Source of the DNA: Bryobacterales bacterium
GTDB lineage: Bacteria > Acidobacteriota > Terriglobia > Bryobacterales > Bryobacteraceae
Assembly (NCBI GenBank): GCA_963745995.1
Contig: CAVUZF010000005.1
Location: forward strand, 1,266,568 to 1,330,567
Direction: 5' to 3'
Length of the DNA stretch: 64,000 nucleotides
In this document: piece after piece, positions 56,383-64,000 of the stretch
How positions within the stretch are numbered: the stretch's first letter is position 1
Layout: each line of letters opens with the position of its first letter
Notes under the pieces: generated by a model
Database searches by the model: none
What the model was told of the DNA's origin: nothing
What the model saw: the letters and a program-made list of their open reading frames with translations, nothing else
Program-made: the position numbers and the translations under genes

Positions 56383-58938
56383 TTGAAACTCCAGCAAACG
56401 AAGGAAGCCTTGACTCGGCGGAACTTTCTGAGCGGCTCGGTGGCGGCGACGGTTGCCTCCCTCGGCCTCCCGGGAAGTATGCCGGCTGTCGCGGGTGAAA
56501 ATGCAGGGCAGGGAACTGCACCGTCCGAAATTGCTTTTCGATCTGCCAAGCCCATGTGGCCGCAGGGGCGGGACAAAGAGATGAATCTCTGGGTCGGCTT
56601 TCGAGCGGTGTTTGAAGCTCCCCCCGGAAAGCACGTTTATCTGCGCACGGCCGGCTGCACGTTCTACCGAATCTTCCTCAATGGAAAGTTCCACGCCTGG
56701 GGACCGGCGCGCGGCCCCAAAGATTACTTCCGCGTCGATCTTTGGGACATCACTCCGCTGCTGGCAAAGGGTAGGAACTTCGTTTGCGCCGAAGTGGCGG
56801 GTTACAACGTCAACAGCTATTACGTGTTGGATCAACCTTCGTTTTTTCAGGCGGAGGTTACAACGGACTCGGAAGTCCTGGCGTCCACGGGCGGTGAAGG
56901 GCAGCGCTTCGAAACCCAGATTCTTCCGCAACGCATCGAAAAGGTGCAGCGTTACACATTTCAGCGAACCTTTTCCGAAGTGTACCACCTCGATCCCCAG
57001 TCCGCCGAGTGGCGCGAGCGTGCCGACGCTCCCATGGAGACCGTGAAGTGCACGGTCTTTGCGCCGCGAAAGTATATTGCCCGCGGAGTCCCGTACCCCA
57101 ATTATGCCAAGCGCCAGCCGGAAATGATCGCCGCCGAAGGCGAGTTCGACTGGAGCGGCAAGGCGCCCAAGAGTTTATACGAGGATCGCTCCATTCCTTC
57201 CGCCGCGCGCATCGGCCCGAATATGCTCGGTTATCCGTGGTCGGATCTTACCGAGATCCCCTACTTGGAGTTGCAAAAGACGAAAACTACCGTCAGCAAC
57301 CGCGTCGATAATCCGTACGATTGCGATCAGCCCCTGCGGCTGAAAGCCAATCAATTCCGGACGCTCAATTTTGGCACCGACCTGCCGGGATTCTTTGGCG
57401 CGCGCGTGACGGTGCACACGCCTTCCAAGCTCTACTTCACATTTGATGAGACGTTTACGGATGGCGACGTGGATTTCAAGCGCCTGATGTGCTGCAATGT
57501 TGTCGCTTACACCCTTGCGCCCGGCACGTATGACCTGGAAACATTCGAGCCCTATGGACTTGAATTCCTGAAGCTGATGGTGCTGCAAGGGGAGTGCGAG
57601 GTTGACCACGTTTACCTGCGGGAATACGCGGCGTCCGACGTTTGGACGGCCCATTTCGCCTGCGGCCAGGACGCGCTGAACAGACTGTTCGCGGCGGGCA
57701 GGGAATGCTTCCGCGACAACGTGATTGACACCTACCAGGATAACCCCACGCGCGAGCGCGCGGGGTGGCTCTGCGACCCTTTATTTTCGGCCAGCGCCGC
57801 GCCGCTCCTCACCGGCCAAACCTGCGCCGAAAGGAACTTGTTCGAAAACTACCTGCTGCCGGACCGCTTTGCGGACATGCCCGACGGCATGCTGCCCGAC
57901 TGCTATCCCTCGGATCACCTGGGCGGAGACTTCAATCCCAACTGGGCATTGTGGTTTGTCATTCAACTGCAACACTACCTGGAACGCAGCGGCGACCAGG
58001 AAATGGTGACGGCGCTTCGGCCCCGCGTGCTGAAAGTATTCGACTACTTCCGGCCTTTCCAGGATTCCGATGGGCTGCTGGAGGATTTGCAGGGTTGGGT
58101 CTTCATCGAGTGGTCAAAATCCAATGACTACACGAAGAACGTGAGCTATCCGACGAATATGCTTTATGCGGCAGCCCTGATGGCCACCGGACAGATGTAC
58201 AACCTGCCACGATTTATCGATCAGGCACAAGCGCTGCGCAAAGTGATCCGGCAGCAGTCCTATGACGGCCACTTTTTCGTCGATAATGCTGTGCGCGAGA
58301 ATGGAAAGCTTGTCCCCACGCATAATCGTACCGAAACGTGCCAGTATTACGCGTTCTTCTTTGATGTCGCCACGCCGCAAACTTATCCCCAGCTCTGGCA
58401 GACGTTGGTGACGCAGTTTGGACCGCAGCGGAGAACCACCCACGCCTATCCGGATATTCCTCCTTCTAATGCTTTCATGGGCAACGTGATGCGGCAGGAT
58501 CTGCTCTCGCGCGCGGGGTTGACCGAGCAACTGGTTCGGGAAGCTATTTCCAGCCTCCTCTATATGGCCGACATTAGCGGTACGTTGTGGGAAAACAGCA
58601 GCGATGAAGCCAGCATGGACCACGCCTTTGAAGCGCACATCGTGACAACGCTGTATCGCGATGTCGTGGGCCTTTATAAAGTCGACATGGTGAATAAACA
58701 AGTTCACGTGCGGATTACCAACCTGTCGCTCGATTGGTGCGAAGGACGCGTCCCCACCCCGGAGGGGTTCGTGTTTATGCGGTGGGTAAAGACTCCGGAC
58801 GCGCTGACGTATCAAGTGGATGTTCCCGCTGGATACCACGTTCACGTTGAGAATTTGTCAAAGCTCAAGGTCGTGCAAAAGCATTTCCCGCACGGAAAAG
58901 TGAACTTCGGATATAAGGTTGCCGGTGGGTATAAGTAG
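56383..58938 (+). CDS. Alpha-L-rhamnosidase-like glycoside hydrolase (GH78-type six-hairpin enzyme)
   Basis: TTG lies 6 nt after AAGGAG. The Tat signal is TRRNFLSGSVAATVASLG. The N-domain reads KPMWPQG...LRTAGCTFYRIFLNGKFHAWGP. The catalytic-domain motif QDNPTRERAGWLCDP parallels the GH78 D.P.RER.GW.GD motif. Confidence 0.7.
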   Translation: MKLQQTKEALTRRNFLSGSVAATVASLGLPGSMPAVAGENAGQGTAPSEIAFRSAKPMWPQGRDKEMNLWVGFRAVFEAPPGKHVYLRTAGCTFYRIFLNGKFHAWGPARGPKDYFRVDLWDITPLLAKGRNFVCAEVAGYNVNSYYVLDQPSFFQAEVTTDSEVLASTGGEGQRFETQILPQRIEKVQRYTFQRTFSEVYHLDPQSAEWRERADAPMETVKCTVFAPRKYIARGVPYPNYAKRQPEMIAAEGEFDWSGKAPKSLYEDRSIPSAARIGPNMLGYPWSDLTEIPYLELQKTKTTVSNRVDNPYDCDQPLRLKANQFRTLNFGTDLPGFFGARVTVHTPSKLYFTFDETFTDGDVDFKRLMCCNVVAYTLAPGTYDLETFEPYGLEFLKLMVLQGECEVDHVYLREYAASDVWTAHFACGQDALNRLFAAGRECFRDNVIDTYQDNPTRERAGWLCDPLFSASAAPLLTGQTCAERNLFENYLLPDRFADMPDGMLPDCYPSDHLGGDFNPNWALWFVIQLQHYLERSGDQEMVTALRPRVLKVFDYFRPFQDSDGLLEDLQGWVFIEWSKSNDYTKNVSYPTNMLYAAALMATGQMYNLPRFIDQAQALRKVIRQQSYDGHFFVDNAVRENGKLVPTHNRTETCQYYAFFFDVATPQTYPQLWQTLVTQFGPQRRTTHAYPDIPPSNAFMGNVMRQDLLSRAGLTEQLVREAISSLLYMADISGTLWENSSDEASMDHAFEAHIVTTLYRDVVGLYKVDMVNKQVHVRITNLSLDWCEGRVPTPEGFVFMRWVKTPDALTYQVDVPAGYHVHVENLSKLKVVQKHFPHGKVNFGYKVAGGYK

Positions 58939-59154
58939 CTTGATGAGCGGCTCCGCCTTTTCGCAAAGACGACCGTGCGCCCTGGCGTGAGATACCGACG
59001 ATGCAAATGCGCGAAGCGCTTTGGACTGCTGTTACCGCAGTCCAAAGTGCCTTCGGCACAATTATTAATGACGGCAGGCGGCGGGGCCGGAGGGAAGGGG
59101 GCACTGGGAATGGATATTGCCCCTTACGAACAGACTCAATGAGGTGACATCAGT

Positions 59155-61681
59155 ATGGAGAGCGAACTTTCCCGGCGTAATTTCCTGCGTCTCTCGGCGG
59201 GCGCCAGTGCGCTGGCGGCGAATGGCCTGAAGGGTTTTGCCGGGGCGGGTGCGGTTTCTGAGGCGCCCGTGCCCATGGATCCGAAAGAGCCGGACCGGCT
59301 GTTTTCGCCGGGGTTGAAAGGCGGCGAATGGAACACCTTCAGCGCCGCGGGTTACGCAAAGCCCGTGTCAGGCATCTGCTATCGCACCAAGCCTGAGGGC
59401 TACTTTGGCTTGTACATTGATAAGCCGCTGCCTGTCTCCGGCATGCCGTTGGGTGGGATTGATACGGGGGCATTGTACCTGGAGCCCTCGGGCCAATTTG
59501 GCTACACCTCCATCTTCAATCACCTCACTCCGATTGGCGGTCCCTTGAATACTCCTTATCTGGGAGTCGCTATGGGCGGCCGAGGGTGGGTTTTCGGCAC
59601 CGGCCAGACCAAAAACTATGCAGGAAATAATCGGCCTTCATTTGGCATCGGCGTGTGCGGCGGAATGCAGGAGAGCGAGTATTGGGGCCACTATCCCATC
59701 GCCGACGTTGAATATAAATCCGACGCGCCGGTGCAGATCGGCGTGCGGAGTTGGTCGCCGTTTATCCCCGGCGATTCGAAGGCGTCCAATACTCCCGGCG
59801 CGGTTTTCGAAGTGCATCTGCGCAATAAGGGAACAACCGGGGCAAAAGGGTGCGTGGTCTTCAGCTTTCCGGGGTTTGCCGATCATCACACCCGTGACTT
59901 CTCGATTGGCTGGCCCAATTTGCCGAAGAAGCCGGTAATGCCTCCTCCCCAGATTTCCCGGCGTGCCGCGCCCGCCGGCCTGAAAGGCGTGTGGGTGGAG
60001 GACAAGGCGTGGGGCATGAGCTACGTTCTGGCGACGACGGACAAAGGCGATGTGCGCAGCGGCGGCGCCCTGGGTGTCGATGGAGATGTTTGGAATAAGG
60101 CGGAAGAAAAACTACCCTCCACTGCGGAGCACTACGACGGTGGCTCGTCCCTGACGGTTGACTTCAATATCGGGCCGGATGAGGAAAAGGTGATTCGAAT
60201 CATTCTGGCTTGGTACGCGCCGGAGTGGGAAGGCAATGGCCTGCCGGGAACCGGCGGAGAACGAATCTGGACGTATGCTCCGGAGGGCGAGACGCTTTCC
60301 ACCACCGGCAAGCGCTTCACGCATATGTACACCACGCGCTTCGCCAATGCCGGCGAAGTGGCGAGTTACCTCGCCCGCCATCATCAGCAGTTGCTGAAAC
60401 GGATCATTGCGTGGCAATCGGCCATTTACGATGACCCGACGCTGCCCGGATGGTTGGCAGATTCGCTCATCAACGCTCTTTATTACTTCGCTCCATGCAG
60501 CATGTGGGCGCAGGCCAAAGATCCCATTGGAAGCTGGTGCAGGCCGGAGGACGGGCTCTTCGCATTGGAGGAAGCCCCGCGCGCCTGCCCGCACATGAAC
60601 ACGCTCTCCAACGTGGGCATGGCGGGGCCTACCCTTTCATTCTTCTTCCCGGATCTGGCGTTGTCCATGCTGCGAACGATTCGCTCCACCCAGAGGGAGA
60701 ACGGCGACGTGGCTCAGCTACTGGGGCGCTGGGCCGATCCGGCAAACGCCATGTCCTACGACTATCAGGAGGTGGTTTCCGGCTTCTGCTATGTCTCGGC
60801 GGCATATTTGCACTGGAAAATCACCGGCGATATAGAATTCATGAAAGAATTTTATCCGTCTGTAAAGAAGGCGCTGCAATATTCCTTTACGCAGCGGCCG
60901 GACTTGGGCCCATCGCAGATCATCGCCATGCCGCCGCATCGGGAACATGCCTGGAACGACATCGAATGGTTCGAGGATCGTTCCATGTACGGTTACGTCA
61001 CTCACCCGGGCGGATTGCGCATGGCGGGCGCCGAAATGCTGAAGGCGTGGGCAGAGGCCATGGGGGACGCGGAAGAGGTTGCGTACCTCGATTCCTTGGT
61101 GGCCGCCGGCCAGGAAACCATGCAAAAGTATTTGTGGAAAGGTGATCATTACCTGATTTACAATGATACGAAGACCGGAAAGACGCTGGATGCCGTCTTT
61201 TCGCCGACGCTCAACGGCCAGTATTTTGCGCATTTCTCCGGCGTGGCGCTTGTCTTTCCCAAGGAAAACGTCGAGAAGATCCTTACCCTACAGCGGGACA
61301 AGGTTTGTAAGATCAGCAAGCTCGGGATGCCACCGATCTACGCGAATCCCGACGGCACGATGTGGAACAAGGATAAAACCGGGTACCTGACGGGAGCATA
61401 TCCTCTACACTAACCACCAGGTGATCTGGAATGCCATCACCTTCATTTACGAAGGGCACAAGGACTTCGGGCTGGAGTTGTTACGAAGTAACTTGGAAAT
61501 CAGTTACTTGGACTGGGGCTATATTTGGGATGGCACCAATTGCTGTAGCGCGGGTGGGGATACGGGGGAGGTAAACTACGGCTGGGACTATTGGTTCAAC
61601 TGGTCCATCTGGACCGCCCCGGCAGCGCTACTGAATAAGGACATTACCGCATTAGTCGCAACCCGGCGGATTGGTACATAA
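59155..61681 (+). pseudogene. GH116-like (GBA2-type beta-glucosidase family) glycoside hydrolase, one frameshift near the C-terminus
   Basis: Tat signal SRRNFLRLSAGASALAA. N-domain motifs are GMPLGGIDTGALYLEPSGQFG and YWGHYPIADVEYKSDAPVQIGVRSWSPFIPGD. The ORF stops at 61413, but the +1 frame continues with HILYTNHQVIWNAITFIYEGHKDFGLELL... to 61681. The shift sits at the GGG run 61392-61394. Confidence 0.7.
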
Positions 61682-61781
61682 ATTGCTAGAAGCTGGAAAG
61701 GATATATCGTAGGCTTCCCTCCAATTAACAGGGCTGAAACGGGTAGCTTATCGAATTCTGAATTAGAGGTATTTTCAAAGC

Positions 61782-62854
61782 ATGTTGTATCGTTTTACTA
61801 TTGCTGTATTGCTAGTTGCAGGTCTTGCCGCCAGTTCGTCTCTGGGGACGGCCGGTGGCCCCCCGGCGGCGCCAGACACTTCCGATCAAACCGCCATCCA
61901 GGAAGCCGCCAATTGGATTGGGCGCGCAGAACAAATTGATACTGAATATCGTTATGTCATGACCTGCAAGGTGCGTTTTGTGTTTTTCTGGGGCGGGCGT
62001 GACGACGTGGGCGGTGGGTACGTCCGCATCGGGAAGGCGGCTGGAGATGAGCGAGCAGCAGATGATCCAGATCCTTTTTGGGTCAGACCCTGCCAAGGCT
62101 CCGCTGGCCATCAATCGCTGGGGAGGCGGCACGGAAGTCCTGCGCGGTCAGGACTCCGGTGAGCCGGCGTCGAGCGCCTTCTTTGGCTTTATGAAATCCT
62201 CCAAAGGGTCAATCCGTGGTCGCGATGCGAAGGGAGCTTTCCAAGGAGAAGGCCAACGGAACCCACCTTTTTGAGGGGATCATCAGCCGAGTGGACGAGG
62301 GCCGGGCGCTTACCACATCCGTTCCCTACACCTCGAGCCAGGATTTCGATCTGCACCAATATTCCGAGGCGGAAAAAGCGACGCTGCAACAACTGGAGAA
62401 TAATCCTTCGCGCCATATCCGAGCGCCTGGAGGGCGCGGCGCGGGCAGGCGTGTCCACGCGCCGGGGAATTCCTGTCGACGACTCTCCAACTCATGGATG
62501 ACGCCGTGGACGGCCGCTCCACGCCCGAATCACTTTGCTACATCTACAATGCCCGCCATTACAAGGCGACCCTGCTGAGTGTCCAACCCGTCGCGGAAAA
62601 AACCGTACACGTCTCGCTGCGATGGGAACCGTGGCGCTTTTGATCAGACTTATCGCCATCTCCGGCAAGCGCACTTCGAGGTGGTGTGCCAGGAGACCGG
62701 CGGCAAGTCGATCTTCGATATCGTGCTCGGCACGGAAGGAAACCTGCGCGGCGCGCCCATTCAGATCTCCTACCAACCCAACTGGTGGTTCCAGGTCATT
62801 CTTAACCTCGCGCCCGGGACGCTTCCGGCCAACGAAGCAGCCTTGCATCAGTGA
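61782..62854 (+). pseudogene. Exported hypothetical protein, at least five frame changes
   Basis: Signal peptide MLYRFTIAVLLVAGLAASSS. Protein-like segments continue across ORFs 61782-62162, 61978-62274, 62216-62578, 62271-62501, an unlisted frame (LQLMDDAVDGRSTPESLCYIYNARHYKATLLSV...) and 62579-62854 (...IQISYQPNWWFQVILNL). Confidence 0.45.
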
Positions 62855-63078
62855 GTGGCAATCGCCCGCTACCGCCCGAGTTTCAATCGCATTATCGAAG
62901 ACGACCCAAATCGTGGCGGGAAAGTTGGTTGAGACGGCGTGTAACCATCAAAATGGAGTTGACTTAGGTTTAAAAGTTAAGAAATCTGGCCTTGCAGCTT
63001 GCCGGTGTCCAGACTAGTATTTTCAACGTAGGACGAGGTTGAAGTTCCTAGGGCTTCTTTAATCTCGCATTTGATGCA

Positions 63079-64000
63079 GTGAGCATTTCTTCGATTTACC
63101 AATTACTTGAGGATCGGTCCAGACTCTCGCCGGATTCTGTGGCGATAATCGCGCCGGAGCGCGCCCTGACGACTTTCGCGTGTTTGTTACGACACGCCCG
63201 AAAGGTTGTGGCTTGCCTGAACGCGCTCGGCATCCATCACAACGACAAGGTGGCGATCGTCCTTCCCAATGGTCCGGAGATGGCGGTGGCGTTTCTTTCC
63301 ATTGCCTGCGGTGCGGTGGCGGCGCCGTTGAATCCGGCCTACGGCGCCTCAGAATTTGAGTACTACCTGTCGGACCTGAATGCCCAGGCGTTGCTAGTCC
63401 AGGCCGGAATGATTTCCCCCGCCCTGGAGGTCGCGAGAGGGCGAGGAATCCCCATCATTGAAATAGTGCCGAGTTGGCGAGAGGCCGCAGGGCTCTTCGA
63501 CTTTCAGGGAGTCACACCCACACCTGGCACTTCTCCTGCCATGGCTAAAGCGGAAGACGTCGCCCTAGTGCTGCACACTTCCGGATCAACGTCGCGGCCG
63601 AAGATGGTTCCACTCAGCCACCAGAACCTGTGCGCCTCGGCTAAACACATACGCGAGGCGCTGGCACTTACCCCCTCGGATCGCTGCCTGAACATCATGC
63701 CGCTATTCCACATTCATGGTCTTATGGCGGCGGTTCTTTCTACCCTCGGTGCGGGAGCGAGTGTGGTAGCGACACCGGGCTTTGATGCCCCACGGTTTTT
63801 TGATTGGGTATCGGCCTTCCAACCGACTTGGTATACCGCCGTGCCTACCATGCACCGTGCGATTCTGGCCCGCAGCGCGCAGAGCGGCCAGACGAGCGGC
63901 AAGGGCTGCCTGCGATTCATTCGTTCTTGTTCTTCTGCCCTCCCCGCCAGCTTGATGGCGGAGTTGGAAGCCAGGTTCGGCGTCCCGGTGATTGAGGCTT
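63079..64000 (+). CDS. AMP-dependent acyl-CoA synthetase/ligase (oxalate-CoA-ligase-like), 5-prime partial, runs off the window end
   Basis: Not in the ORF track because no stop is reached. My own translation from GTG 63079 gives the AMP-binding motif LVLHTSGSTSRPKMVPLSH, then IMPLFHIHGL, TWYTAVPTMH and LRFIRSCSSALP. Confidence 0.8.
   Translation, partial: MSISSIYQLLEDRSRLSPDSVAIIAPERALTTFACLLRHARKVVACLNALGIHHNDKVAIVLPNGPEMAVAFLSIACGAVAAPLNPAYGASEFEYYLSDLNAQALLVQAGMISPALEVARGRGIPIIEIVPSWREAAGLFDFQGVTPTPGTSPAMAKAEDVALVLHTSGSTSRPKMVPLSHQNLCASAKHIREALALTPSDRCLNIMPLFHIHGLMAAVLSTLGAGASVVATPGFDAPRFFDWVSAFQPTWYTAVPTMHRAILARSAQSGQTSGKGCLRFIRSCSSALPASLMAELEARFGVPVIEA

Noticed and set aside
63531-63546. 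Sigma-54-like -24/-12 matches (TGGCACTTCTCCTGC at 63531, TGGCACCCAATCC at 34015, TGGCA clusters at 12318-12350)
   Set aside because: The first lies inside a coding region and has CTGC instead of TTGC. The others lack a GC at the correct spacing. None lies upstream of a plausible target.

Overview
GC-rich bacterial chromosomal segment. The gene content looks Acidobacteria-like, which is inference from three things: a CarboxypepD_reg-type TonB receptor, many Tat/Sec-exported glycoside hydrolases and a GAF-GAF sigma-54 activator. Layout from left to right:
(1) A TonB-dependent receptor.
(2) A minus-strand L-rhamnose-related operon: rhaM, rhaT, lactonase-type amidohydrolase, FAH hydrolase, ABM protein, HIBADH-type dehydrogenase.
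(3) A small scar region with an orphan HTH antitoxin and two tRNA 3-prime fragments.
(4) A GH127-like gene.
(5) A 13-gene plus-strand locus, the main finding. It runs RpiR regulator, form IV RuBisCO-like protein, RhaB-type FGGY kinase, cyclase-family hydrolase, E1alpha/E1beta, HAD, xylose-isomerase-like TIM barrel, URO-D-family protein, lipoyl E2, then a second E1alpha/E1beta. No aldolase and no E3 lie in the window.
(6) A sigma-54 activator, STAS-like, MFS and exported-protein unit.
(7) An AT-richer accessory island with repeat arrays and decayed or nested toxin-antitoxin modules (ParE, VapBC, ParD, HicAB).
(8) An exported TldD/PmbA pair, an OYE reductase and Tex.
(9) A pectin/rhamnogalacturonan-type glycosidase cluster: GH2, an unknown 832-aa Tat protein, GH28, GH78-like and GH116-like.
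(10) A partial acyl-CoA synthetase running off the window end.
About twenty single-base frame disruptions or in-frame stops interrupt otherwise well-conserved genes, so the window is either an error-prone assembly or an unusually pseudogene-rich genome. Several non-coding repeat families and structured spacers are also reported.
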